Source: Eledone cirrhosa
Taxonomy: Eukaryota
Length of the DNA stretch: 64,000 bases
NCBI GenBank assembly: GCA_964016885.1
Contig: OZ024754.1
Span: forward strand, 12,462,001-12,526,000
Direction: 5' to 3'
The notes under the pieces: generated by a model
The model's database searches: none
Seen by the model: only the letters and a program-made list of their open reading frames with translations
What the model was told of the DNA's origin: nothing
Translations under genes and position numbers: made by a program
Part shown: in pieces, positions 1 to 11,709 of the stretch
How positions within the stretch are numbered: the stretch's first letter is position 1
Layout: each line of letters starts with the position of its first letter

Positions 1-140
1 AGCTCAAGCCGTTTCGACGTTGAAACGGCTTGAGCTCTGCCATCGGGGTCATACTTTTTCCTATTTCCCACTCTACTACCCTAAGTATTGAGTACTCTGG
101 TGCATTATGGTCCATCTGGTTCCTTACCACAATTCCTTTG
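1..140 (+). mobile_element. Fold-back remnant of a Penelope-type hammerhead element (3' half of ribozyme plus tail); left arm runs off the window
   Basis: 1-36 is a hairpin AGCTCAAGCCGTTTC-gacgtt-GAAACGGCTTGAGCT. It is followed by GAAA-cggc-ttGAGCTCt-gcca-TC-gggg. Downstream ctctactacc.taagtattgagtactctg matches the minus strand of 15830-15910. Confidence 0.5.
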
Positions 141-141
141 T

Positions 142-174
<33 letters not shown>

Positions 175-231
175 GTTTATTTCTCTGCAGCCCTTCTCTG
201 TCTTTGTGTGTGTGTGTGTGTGTATATATAT

Positions 232-410
232 ACTGTAAATGGGGTTAGTGTTAGGAAGGGCATCCAGCCGTAAAAAACCTGCCAGAAACAGTTCTGTATG
301 AGCGAGACACAGTCTCCCGATCAATCTTGCCTCAAGTGGGACAAACCCGTCCAACTCACGCTAGCGTGGAAGACGGACATTAAATGATGATGATGATGAT
401 GATGACAATG
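232..410 (+). mobile_element. Non-autonomous RTE-derived (Ceph-domain-like) short retroelement
   Basis: Motif gtgttaggaagggcatccagccgtaaaa ... cgctagcgtggaagacggacattaaa(TGA)n; related copies at 3085-3290, 12905-13190, 34600-34890 and 52568-52725. Confidence 0.65.
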
Positions 411-460
411 ATATATATATATATATATATATAATATATATATTATATATATATATAATA

Positions 461-517
<57 letters not shown>

Positions 518-800
518 GTTATATATATATATTATATATATAATATATATATATTATATATATAATATATATATATATATATTATATATAATATATATAT
601 ATTATATATATATATTATATATATAATATATATATATATATTATATATATATATATTATATATATAATATATATATATATAATATATATATATTATATAT
701 ATATATTATATATATATATATAATATATATATTATATATATATATATTATATATATATATATTATATATATATATATTATATATATATATATTATATATA

Positions 801-838
<38 letters not shown>

Positions 839-1010
839 TAATATATATATTATATATATATATATCTATTATATATATATATATTATATATATATATATT
901 ATATATATATATATTATATATATATATTATATATATATATATTATATATATATATATTATATATATATATATTATATATATATATATTATATATATATAT
1001 ATATTACATA

Positions 1011-1045
<35 letters not shown>

Positions 1046-1230
1046 TATATATATATATATTATATATATATTATATATATAATATATAATATATATATAA
1101 TATATATATATAATATATATATATATAATATATATATATAATATATATATATATAATATATATATATATAATATATATATATATATAATATATAATATAT
1201 ATATAATATATATATAATATATAATATATG

Positions 1231-1268
<38 letters not shown>

Positions 1269-1323
1269 TATATAATATATATATATAATATATATATATA
1301 TATAATATATATATGATATATAT

Positions 1324-1376
<53 letters not shown>

Positions 1377-1404
1377 TATATATAATATATATATATATTA
1401 TATA

Positions 1405-1446
<42 letters not shown>
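411..1446. repeat. Long degenerate (TA)n / (TATTA) microsatellite
   Basis: About 1 kb of almost pure T/A alternation. Confidence 0.95.
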
Positions 1447-1455
<9 letters not shown>

Positions 1456-1826
1456 TACATTGAGAGATGGGGAGAGATAAAGCGAAATGCAGATAGAGGT
1501 AGAGGGAGAAAGTGAGGGGAGGGAGAGAGAGAGATTCATAAAAGTGAGGGAAGGAGAAGAACAGACAGAAAGAGGAAGGAAAAAGGAAAGAAGGATAGAA
1601 GTATTGATAAAAAAGAAAGAATTATTCTCCAAATGTTGGGAAGAATGATAGTAATGAACATAAAAACATTGGAAATGAAAAGAGAGAGAAAACATTGAAG
1701 AGTTTGAGGAGAAGGAGAAGAGCGACATAGAGCAAGAGAGATAATTCAAATGGTTGATGTTTGTATGTATAAATCTACTTATCTATATATATATATATTG
1801 ATGGATATATATATATATATTGATGG

Positions 1827-1867
<41 letters not shown>

Positions 1868-1967
1868 GATATGTATATATACATATATATCGATAGATAT
1901 ATACATGTATATATATATAAGCATACACACACACCAACATATATATATGTATAGACATCATATATAC

Positions 1968-2021
<54 letters not shown>

Positions 2022-2025
2022 CACA

Positions 2026-2074
<49 letters not shown>

Positions 2075-2173
2075 TCATATATATATATATACACACACAA
2101 ATATATAAATATGCATAGACATTTTATTTATATATATATATATATAAATATATGCATATATATACATATATAA

Positions 2174-2221
<48 letters not shown>

Positions 2222-2319
2222 TTATAGATACATATATATATGTAATGTATACACATATATTTACATGTGTCGTGTGTGTGATTGTGTGAATATATGAAAC
2301 AACAAAAAAAAAACTAAAA

Positions 2320-2355
<36 letters not shown>

Positions 2356-3084
2356 TATATATATTATGTATATATATATATATATTATACACATAAAGCA
2401 AAAAAAAATATAGTGCTTACAGAAGTTGTGGTGGAATAGATTGTGAGAGAATTTAGTGTAATGGATTCTTGGAGAAAAGAAGGGGGAAGAACTAGCTGCA
2501 GATAATAGCTGTGTACACAAAAGTTGTCAGAATGGAATAATGGTGATGAATGTTGAGAGAAGATAAATGTCTCCAGCACAAAAGATACAACATACAGTGA
2601 ATGACAAAATGCTACAATGAAATATATACAAAATGTTTTTGATTTGTCTTGTCAGAGGCGAATGACACAAAATTCCAGCATTCAAACATAGATGAGTTGG
2701 TGAATAGATTTACCCATCTTCCCTTAGCCTCTTCCCTTCCGCCCTTCTATCTACATGCTCCGCCCCTATATCTATTTGCTTTATATAACTATCTATTTCT
2801 ACATTTCATTATATCACTGCCACTCTAAGTCTGTCTGTCTCTCTCTCTCTATCCCATACTAACACTATATTTCTCTATCTCTCTATGTAAATACATTGGA
2901 TATCCGGACAGCATAGTGTTGGTACTCATGGGAATATATTTACATATGTGTGTGTCTGTTTGTAGTTCATTCTTATATATATATATATGCACAAAATTGT
3001 ACACCAGTAAGGTGGCTGACTAGGTAAAGATGCGGCTGACTGTTTGTCTTATGTAACTGTACATTTTTTGCTGACACTATATAT

Positions 3085-3120
<36 letters not shown>

Positions 3121-3286
3121 GTTTAATGTCTATCTTCCACGCTAGCATGGGTTAGACGGGAGTTGTCCCAATTTGAGGCAAGGTTGGTTGGGTGACCGTG
3201 TCTCGCTCGTATAGGATTATCTGGCAGGTTTTCTACGGCTGGTTGCCTTTCCTAACACCAACCACATTTACAGTGTGGACAGTGTG

Positions 3287-3290
<4 letters not shown>
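3085..3290 (-). mobile_element. Non-autonomous RTE-derived short retroelement
   Basis: (CAT)n tail, then ttccacgctagcatgggttagacggg ... ccttcctaacacc-like motif; reverse of the family at 232-410. Confidence 0.6.
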
Positions 3291-3343
<53 letters not shown>

Positions 3344-3444
3344 CAAAGAGATATTTAATTTGTTGGTTATTCAACAAATTTATTTATAACAGATTCAAAA
3401 CTGAACCTGAACTGATAAGGTCTGGTTTCTTGGATATGTCACCA

Positions 3445-3539
3445 TTTATAAAACAAATTTTGTATTTTATCTGATGAGACCGTACCCAAATTTTGGTACC
3501 CTTGAAATATATATAATAAAATAAATATGGTTTTATAAA
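3445..3539 (+). ncRNA. Type I hammerhead ribozyme (Penelope-type)
   Basis: Stem I tattttat(3463-3470)/ataaaata(3516-3523); CTGATGA 3471-3477; stem II gtacc/ggtac; GAAA 3504-3507; palindromic TATATA; cleavage site TA 3514-3515. Distal stem I extension tttataaaac/gttttataaa. Confidence 0.75.
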
Positions 3540-3565
3540 TATAGTTTCTATTTATTATATCATTG

Positions 3566-3608
<43 letters not shown>

Positions 3609-3611
<3 letters not shown>

Positions 3612-4907
3612 TGTGTGGACGATATTTGTTCGCAATTTTCAACTGCTAATTTTATGCAAATTTTTTTACTTCTGTTGTCACTCTTGTCTTCATAAAAACA
3701 GTGACTATATTTCCAGTATTTATTTTCAGAATAATTGATTATGAATAATTTTGAACCTCCAAATTTGTGGAAGAGACACGGAGTTCTTCTTGGAATCTGC
3801 GCCGGGAGGACAAATAAGGAAATTTAAAACTTTCTCAGTGTCAGCAGGCGAATGGTGGAAAAGGTCAGAAAGGAATTGGAAGATTCAGGATTCGACTATG
3901 AAGCAACATCAGAGAGGAAAACATATGATCGACGATCTGACGCCTTCAGAACTCCCAAGTTCGTCGCTGAAGTTCAGGATATCATCAACAATGAACCTAG
4001 CAAGTCGATGCGTGCCATTGCAAGGGAGAAAGGCATGGATGAAAAGCTCATTAGGCTGGTGGTACATGTAGACATTCGCTACGTTTCATACAAGATGAGG
4101 AAAGGACAATTTCTGTCAAAGGCGATACAAGAAAAGCGACTAAAGCACGCAAAGAAGCTGATCAACAAGTTGAAACACCCACTGGAGCCAGACATGCTGT
4201 GGTTTTTCTCCGACGAGAAAAACTTCTGCCAAGACCAGAAGATCAACTCCCAGAACAACAGGTGGCACGCTGTCTCATCCAAAGACGTGCCCAGAGTCAT
4301 GCAGACAAAGTTTCCAGCGGCAACATTGGTCTTAGGTGTCGACAGCAGTCATGGTGACGTCATGCCACTTCACTTCTTCCCTGAGGGCCTCAAGGTGAAC
4401 ACCGATGGCTACATCGGCGTTCTGAGTGAGGTAGTAAAGCCCTGGATCGACCAGGTAGCTGCAGGTAGTGGTAGCAAGACTCAGCGCCCTGCCATACCAG
4501 CCGAAAGACCCAAGCCGGGCTGTCAGAGAACTTCGTCGACCACACTTCACCTGACATCTGGCCTCCCAGCTCACCTGACATCTGGCCTCCCCCTTGACTT
4601 CTTTGTGTGGGGCGCAGTGGAATGAGACACCAACAGATCTAGCTGCAATATGAAAGACGATATGAAAGCCAGGATCACAAGTGCCTTTAGGGGCCTAATC
4701 GGGGCAGAGTGACAAAGGCCTGTAGCCGGTTCCGAGGCGACCTTGAGGCCGTCATCAAAGCCAATGGCGGATTTATCAAGTGAGATCGAAAGAACAAGTC
4801 ATGAAGACAAACTGACCCAAGTTTGATAAATATACCTTAACAAATAAAACTACTGTGTTATTTTTTCCTAGACAGTAATCTCGCGAACAAATATCGTCCG
4901 CACCCTA
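3609..4907 (+). mobile_element. Tc1/mariner (maT, DD37D-like) DNA transposon, frameshifted transposase
   Basis: About 25-bp TIRs CAGTGTGTGGACGATATTTGTTCGC / GCGAACAAATATCGTCCGCACCCTA, flanked by TA. ORF 3852-4625 has WFFSDEKNF and PLDFFVWG motifs; frameshift near 4470. Confidence 0.88.
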
Positions 4908-4910
4908 TAT

Positions 4911-6240
4911 ATCTATCTAGGGTGGGTAAAATTCCCGAGATCCATGGATGAGTTCTCTCCAGCGGTCTCTGTCCCTCATTATTGCTGCCATGTCCTGCGT
5001 CTCTAACAGACCAGTGTCTGTCCTTAGGGCATCAACATACGTTAACCTTGGTCTTCCTCTTCCAGTGTGTCCATGTAGGAGCTCCCACAGGAGCACTGAG
5101 TGCAATGTCCACTCTGGATGTAGGTGAGCATGTCCAGCTAACCTCAGTTTCCTCTGTGTCACTTTTAAGCTGACTTTTGGGAGGCTCCCATACAGCTCTG
5201 AGTTTTTCATCCTCAGTGTATACTGATTAATGTTCAGAGCTATCCTCAGCATTCTCGTGTAGCACCCATCCACCATCTGAGTGAGTTTCTTGGTCAGTGT
5301 CCAAGTCTCAGACCCGTACAGCAGCACAGACTCCACTACAGCAATGAAGAGGTGGATTTTCAGGTCTTTACGAAGGTCCCACTTCCACACTGATCACACC
5401 GCCCAGGCTTTGCTCTTCCTCTCAACCACATCATCTTCCGTATTCCCAATCTTTGCTCCCAAATACAAGAAGCTCTCAACCAATTCTAGCGGCTTCCTGC
5501 CTACATTAGTGATCCCCTCTGGCTTCTCAACATTCTCTACCAATATTTTGTTTTAGTCTCATTCATTCTCAGCCCCACACTCATCGACACAGTCTCAACC
5601 TCCCGCATCAAATCCTCTGCCTCCTTCATTGTATTTGTCACCAAAACTATGTCGTCAGCAAATTCAGCATCTGATACCTTTTTCGCCTTAACTCTCCTGC
5701 TCTGAGCCGGTGCTACAGGAAAGCCAGAGTCCTGGTGTTTCTCCAGTGCAAGGCTCATACAATAGTCCACTACGATGATAAAAAGGTAGGGAGCCAATGT
5801 ATCTCCCTGGAACACTCCAGCCAGTATCTTAAAGAACTCTGTCATCCCATCAGGTGTAATGACTTGGGCTTTGGTGTTGGTGTAAAGCAGTGATATCAGG
5901 TCCACTATCTTCTTGGGGATTCCATATGCCTGTAAAATCTTCATCAGGCAGTGATGGTCCACAGAATCAAAGGCCTTCCAAAAGTCAATGAAAACCATGA
6001 CCGCAGGAAGGCACTTTGCTCTAGCTCCCTCTAATATCCTCCTCAGCATCAGGATGTGACTAGTGGTTGATCTTCCCTCTCTGAAGCCGTTCTGGTTGTC
6101 CTTGAGCTTCTTCTCCATCTCAGGCTGGATCCTGTTAAGAATCATCCTGTTGAGGGTCTTTACCACAAGTGGCGTCAGTGAGATCCCCCTGTAGTTATTG
6201 GTACTAGAGAGATCTCCCTTCTTTGGCACTGGGACGATGT
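4911..6240 (-). mobile_element. 5'-truncated RTE-clade LINE (RT domain and C-terminus), frameshifted
   Basis: ORFs 5537-6277 (NYRGISL, QNGFR, FQGDTLAPYLF, FADD) and 4917-5390 (LLYGSETW, GRGRPRLTY); (TAGA)n tail. Confidence 0.9.
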
Positions 6241-6400
6241 ATATATATATATATATATATATTAAATTGTTAAACAATATTCAATGATTATGTCAAAGAA
6301 TGAGTTTTACAGTAGATTGGAAGCACTCTATGGAAAATAATTTTCTGGAGTTATTAATATTAAAATATAAATATTAATAAAATAGATGTTCTTTTGATCA

Positions 6401-6463
6401 ATTACATTTTATTATACATATTTCGGATGTACAACAGTACGTCCTCATCAGACAAAATATAAT
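6401..6463 (-). ncRNA. Type I hammerhead ribozyme, intact core
   Basis: Minus strand: attatattttgt CTGATGA ggacgtac-tgtt-gtacatcc GAAA tatgta TA ataaaatgtaat. Confidence 0.8.
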
Positions 6464-6544
6464 GATACAAATATAATGATACAAAATATAATGATACCTT
6501 GATTAAATCTTAACCATTTAACATCTCAGGGTATATTATGTATC

Positions 6545-6607
6545 ATTATATTTTGTCTGATGAGGACGTACTGTTGTACATCCGACATATGTATAATAAA
6601 ATGTAAT
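6545..6607 (+). ncRNA. Type I hammerhead ribozyme, core mutated (GAAA to GACA)
   Basis: CTGATGA 6557-6563; same stem II as the minus-strand copy; GACA 6584-6587. Confidence 0.65.
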
Positions 6608-6667
6608 TGATCAAAAGAACATCTATTTTATTAATACTTATATTTTAATATATATATATATATATTA

Positions 6668-6888
6668 AAGGAACGATCGACTTTCGTCAAATCGGACCGA
6701 GGGAACAATGTTTCCGTTGGTCTTTCCAATTGCTAATACTATCTATCGGTCGCAACTCCAGGTAGAAGGAGCAACATGAAATAAAGTGTCTTGCTCAAGG
6801 ACATAACGCATCGCCTGGTCCAGGAATCGAACTCACAACCTTACGATTGCGAATCCAATTCTCTAACCACTCAGCCACACGCCTTCAC
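6668..6888 (-). mobile_element. tRNA-derived SINE (gtgaaggcgtgtggctgagtgg family)
   Basis: A box TGGCTGAGTGG, B box GAGTTCGATTCC and core tccttgagcaagacactttatttca; copies at 35041-35250 and 49951-50170. Confidence 0.8.
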
Positions 6889-7169
6889 AATATATATATA
6901 GATATATAAACATATATATATATAATCTCTACCAAAACACAGCCACTGTACCTGCCATTAAATAAAATGTGTGAACTCAGAACTACTGGCTGCAATTACA
7001 TTACTGCAACATGGCAGATTTATTGGCCAGGAACTGTTGAGTTAACATCAACAGTCTTTGTTAATAATCTCTCTCTCGCTTTCTCTCTCTTTCTCCCTCT
7101 CTCCCTCTCTCTCAATATAGAGAAGAGAATACACAAAAGAGTATTTTAGCTCATAACTGATCTCTCTGT

Positions 7170-7815
7170 TTAATGATATAATGAAAATATTGTGTACAGT
7201 GCTCAGGTGCACTACAACTCATGAAAAGTGTATGTATAGTACATAGGGTAATGTACAAACGTCAGGAAAATGAACAGTGCAGGAGTCATGATATACACAT
7301 GTGTGCATGTGTATGGAAGGGGGACATCAGGTGTAGTTTTGGCGAATTTCGGGAAGCATGAGGGTTTTAAAGGATGCAGTGTCTCGGCAGTTAACAACTG
7401 ATGCAGGTAGTTTGTTCCATGGAGGTTTTAAAGGGTGCTGTGTCTCGACAGCTAACAACTGATGCAGGTAGTTTGTTCCATGGAGGTTTTAAAGGATGCA
7501 GTGTCTCGACAGCTAACAACTGATGCAGGTAGTTTGTTCCATGGAGGTTTTAAAGGGTGCTGTGTCTCGACAGCTAACAACTGATGCAGGTAGTTTGTTC
7601 CATGGAGGTTTTAAAGGATGCAGTGTCTCAACAGCTAACAACTGACGCAGGCAGTTTGTTCCATGGAGGTTTTAAAGGATGCAGTGTCTCGGCAGCTAAC
7701 AACTGATGCAGGCAGTTTGTTCCATGCTTCAGCAACCCTAAGCATGAAAAAATGTTTCCGAAAGTCATGGTAGCGGTGCTGTTTTCTGACTTTGTAGGCA
7801 TGTCCACGTTTGTTG
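7170..7815 (-). mobile_element. CR1-type LINE 3' end with 6 x 61-bp tandem expansion
   Basis: RGHAYKVRKQ..RKHFFMLRVAEAWNKLP C-terminal motif; array 7361-7726; 3' UTR shared with 31375-32680. Confidence 0.85.
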
Positions 7816-8476
7816 AGCATTTTAAGTTGAGTGGTTATAGGCTGCCATTTCTAGCGGCTTTTTGATCCATTCAAGCCACTAAGTATTGTCTGGCGTGCAT
7901 ATTTTCCTTCTCTCTCCACGTGCAACAAGTCAGTTATCTAATGTTTATTTAGAAGTATGGGACATCTTCTTTAGACCTGATGAAGATCCCTGAGACTATA
8001 TGAATCTTACACTGTTTATGGTGAAACATTCCCTCTGAGTCTGTACAGGTGTTGTATAGTTATAAAGGTGTGTTTATGCATTTTAATTTATCTCTTTAAT
8101 TATAATGTATTTCCTATACCTTCCATAGTTTTTATGTTTTTCACTCTAGTGGCCTTATACCCCCTGTAATTGAATACACTCTTTCATGTTTTCTCCTCTC
8201 TATATTGTATTTTGAAGAGTCCGGCAATTTTCCCTTGAGCTCATTAAATTACAGGGATAAATGCAAAGCCTTTGTTTCATTTTATATATATATGTATATA
8301 TATGTATATATATGTATATATATGTATATATATGTATATATATGTATATATATTGTAGTAATAGGTAGGTAAAGAAGATATCTAAGATATAGAGCACTGG
8401 AAGTCCATAGGGTGAGTTAGTCATCTAACACATGGTGTTAATGAGGCTGTTTGCTTGCAAACAAATCAAATATTAA

Positions 8477-8665
8477 TAATTGTTTCTACTTTTGGCACAA
8501 GACCAGCAATTAACCAGTGCATTACTGGTACTTTATTTTATCGACCCCGTAAGGATGAAAGGAAAAGTTAACCTCGGCGGGATTTGAACTCAGAATGGCA
8601 AGGGCCGTAACTCTATACGTCAAAGCATGTCGTCCGACCCTCTACCGATACTGCCAATTCACCGA
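8477..8665 (-). mobile_element. SINE with Nin/Deu-type central domain
   Basis: gagttcaaatcccgccgaggttaacttt.cctttcatccttacggggtcgataaaataaagtaccag with (ATT)n tail. Other copies at 9410-9617, 12438-12605, 15456-15650, 18745-18930, 20385-20575, 31068-31258 and 44872-45260. Confidence 0.8.
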
Positions 8666-8851
8666 ATAATATTATAATATTATTATAATATTATTGTTAT
8701 TCACTCACAAATACACACACATATATGGTGGTCAGCCAAACTGACAACAACTGGCCCTCTTGATCGCCTTTGAGTCAAAAACGTTTTTCTCTGTTTTTTT
8801 TCTTATAGCCTCTTGGATTGTGTTTACTATTATTCCTTTATTATATAACTA

Positions 8852-8930
8852 TTATGCAATAAACATCTGATGATGTCACCGGGATCTTATGTCACCTGGC
8901 CACTGAAATGTACATAGTGTTTGCTATAAT
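8852..8930 (+). ncRNA. Type I hammerhead ribozyme (degenerate stem II)
   Basis: taaacat CTGATGA(8867-8873) ..ccggg/cctgg.. GAAA(8905-8908) TGTACA TA gtgtttg. Confidence 0.7.
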
Positions 8931-8980
8931 AAATCTTTGATGGAATTTCACCAGTCCGGCCTCCGGTCATTTTACTCAAT

Positions 8981-9235
8981 TCATCATCATCAGCATCATC
9001 ATTTTACACGCGCTTTTCTCTGCTTGCAAGGGTGGGACGGGTCCTATTCAGCACAGCATCTCTCCACTTGTCATGGTTCTTTGTTATCTCCTCTGTGAGT
9101 TTTAGTGATCTGAGGTCTGCTCTCACCACCTCCGCCCATGATTTTTGTGGTCTTCCTTTACACTGTGTCTTCCTTCTACTGGGATTTCTTGGCACTTCTT
9201 TACTCAATGGTCATCCTCTGTGCACATCACATGTC
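8981..9235 (-). mobile_element. RTE LINE 3'-end fragment
   Basis: GRPQKSWAEVVRADL...DKWR; tail cccacccttgcaagcagagaaaagcg..(TGA)n. Confidence 0.8.
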
Positions 9236-10019
9236 AATATATATATATATATATATGACCCTGTAAAGCACCCTTCTAAATGTGGCTGCCATCAGGAAGG
9301 GCATCCAGCTGTAGAAACCAAGCCAGAAACAGTTCTATATAAGTAAGACATGTTTATCTAATCTGACTTGTCTCACAACAGGACAACTTGTCTAACCCAT
9401 GCTACTATGGAATAATTGTTTCTACTTTTGGCACAAGGCCACCAATTACCCAGTGTATTACTGGTACTTTATTTTATCGACGATAAAGATGAAATTACCC
9501 AGTGTATTACTGGTACTTTATTTTATCGACGGGATTTGAACTCAGATAATAAAGGGACGTAACTCTATGCGTCAAAGCATGGCTTCCGACTCTCTACCGA
9601 TACTGCCAATCCACGGAATAATGAACATTAAACAGTAATGATGATGGTGATGATTGTGGTTGAAAGCCATGTAGAAGTAGTTTCTGTTGATTATATATGA
9701 ATTCCATGCATAAAATTAGTATATTTTTCTTTTTTAATGAATAGGAAATCATTAATTTCTTACATTTAATAATCAATTTTTATAATTGTATTCCAAATAG
9801 GCACTGTCTATCTTGTTTATTCAAACAGCACATTTCTAGTGTTTGTTTGTGTGTGTGTATGTGTGCGTTTGTGTATGTGTGTGCATGTGTGTATACATGT
9901 AGGTATGTATGCATGCATATATGTATGTAAAATGATGATGGTGGTAATGATGAAACATATATAAGTTTTAAGTTAATGTAAGTATGCGCACATACACATA
10001 TATATACACACACACACAT

Positions 10020-10090
<71 letters not shown>

Positions 10091-10094
10091 CATT

Positions 10095-10433
10095 AGAGCA
10101 TGGCCTTGGTGGTTAGAGTGGTTAGAACATTGGCCTTGCAATCAAAAGGTTGTGAGTTCAATTCTCAGACCAGGTGATGTGTTGTTTCCTTGATCAAGAC
10201 ACTTTATTTCACATTGCTCCAGTTTACTCAGCTGTAGAAATGAGACGATAGGGACTGGGGTCCCTATCATTCCACTGTAAAGTGGACGTGGAGGTGTCAT
10301 GGCAAAAAAGCACCCAGCACTCACTGTAAATGAGGTTGGTGTTAGCAAGGGCATCCAGCTGTAGAAATCAAGCCACAATCAGTTCCCGTCCCACCCTTGC
10401 AAGCAGGGAAAAGCGGATGCAAAATGATGATGA
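10095..10433 (+). mobile_element. tRNA-derived SINE with V/Meta-like core and RTE-derived 3' tail
   Basis: A box, B box gagttcaattc, core caagacactttatttcacattgctccag, tail cccacccttgcaagcagggaaaagcgga..(TGA)n. Confidence 0.85.
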
Positions 10434-10454
10434 TATACATACATACTACATATA

Positions 10455-10795
10455 TCATCATCATCATCATCATTTTACGTCCGCTTTTCCCTGCTTGCAA
10501 GGGTGGGACGGGAACTGATTCTGGCTTGATTTCTACAGCTGGATGCCCTTCCTAACACCAACCTCATTTACAGTGAGTGCTGGGTGCTTTTTTGCCGTGG
10601 CGCCTCCACGACCACTTTGCAGTGGAATGATAGGGACCCCAGTCCCTATCATCTCATTTCTACAGTTGAGTAAACTGGAGCAATGTGAAATAAAGTGTCT
10701 TGCTCAAGAAAACAACACATCACCCGGTCTGAGAATTGAACTCACAACCTTTCGATTGCAAGGCCAATGCTCTAACCACTAAGCCATGTGCCTCC
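10455..10795 (-). mobile_element. Same SINE family, inverted tail-to-tail with the preceding copy
   Basis: Full-length reverse copy; head ggaggcacatggcttagtggttagagc. Confidence 0.88.
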
Positions 10796-10941
10796 ATATA
10801 CATATATATATATATGTACGTATGGGTTATATCGAACGCTAACAATAATGTTCGATTTGTTTGTAAACTAACGGTCCGATTTGAAGGTATGCCATGCTAG
10901 TGGTCAATCGTCACCGGTTTGTTCAACATTGGCTTTGAGGA

Positions 10942-10984
10942 ACAATCAACATGTTTCTGGGTCATTACCCATCATCAGGAATGT
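10942..10984 (-). ncRNA. Minimal type I hammerhead ribozyme
   Basis: Minus strand: acattc CTGATGA tgggt-aatg-accca GAAA CATG TT gattgt; perfect 5-bp stem II. Confidence 0.7.
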
Positions 10985-11331
10985 ACATCTCTGCCAATCT
11001 GTTGAACGGTTGAAAATATATAGTATTTTCTTAAGTACACATCGGCTGAGTTGACTTATTTGCACACTAAGTGAGTTACGGCTGGCCTTGCCAAATATTA
11101 AAAATAAAATTATTATTTATTTTTTCTAGAATAATCATATTCAATATTCTTTAAACAGTGTTTAGTTCATGTCATTATTACAGTCTGGCAGTCTACTCTC
11201 AGTCCCACTCCTTTCAGGGAGGGACATGAACCATAATGCAGGCAATCTGACTGGGAAAATGTAAATCTGAAAATTATGCGTGGGAGAGTGAACTCTGCAA
11301 ACTGTAGTGAATGTAATCCATCTAAGAGAAC

Positions 11332-11366
<35 letters not shown>

Positions 11367-11561
11367 GATAAATCTACCAAAAGTTTACGGTAGTGTCCAA
11401 TCCGTATGAAGAACTCAATGTAATCCGGATATCATGAAAAGAAGAGATGCATTCAAAAATCACTTTCGGTGAAAGATAAACGGAATACAGAGTCAAGATA
11501 AAATATTAAAAAAATAATGAATAAACAAAGAAACAGTTCCTTATATTAAACAAATAAAGTT

Positions 11562-11700
11562 CATTATTTTACGATCGTTTCTAGGATATATATGTGTTAG
11601 AATTGGTATGCATATTCAAAAGATCTATGTACAAAATTATACAAACTATCAAAGAGAATATACATACCATCACATATATATGCTGTCTTCAGAAATAATA
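11562..11700 (-). ncRNA. Hammerhead ribozyme with long stem II (left arm)
   Basis: Minus strand: tattattt CTGAAGA [about 104 nt] GAAA CGATCG TA aaataatg. Confidence 0.72.
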
Positions 11701-11709
11701 TTATTATAA

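Larger units (their letters stand above)
6262..6650. mobile_element. Fold-back hammerhead element (about 111-bp inverted arms) inserted in (TA)n
   Basis: Arms 6358-6468 and 6540-6650 are near-perfect reverse complements; the left arm carries about 95 bp of extra tail; TA tracts on both sides. Confidence 0.8.

Noticed and set aside
1060-2108. YI-rich ORFs here and throughout (also poly-T/V/H, CV and HT ORFs)
   Set aside because: These are translations of TA, CA, CAC and CACYA microsatellites.
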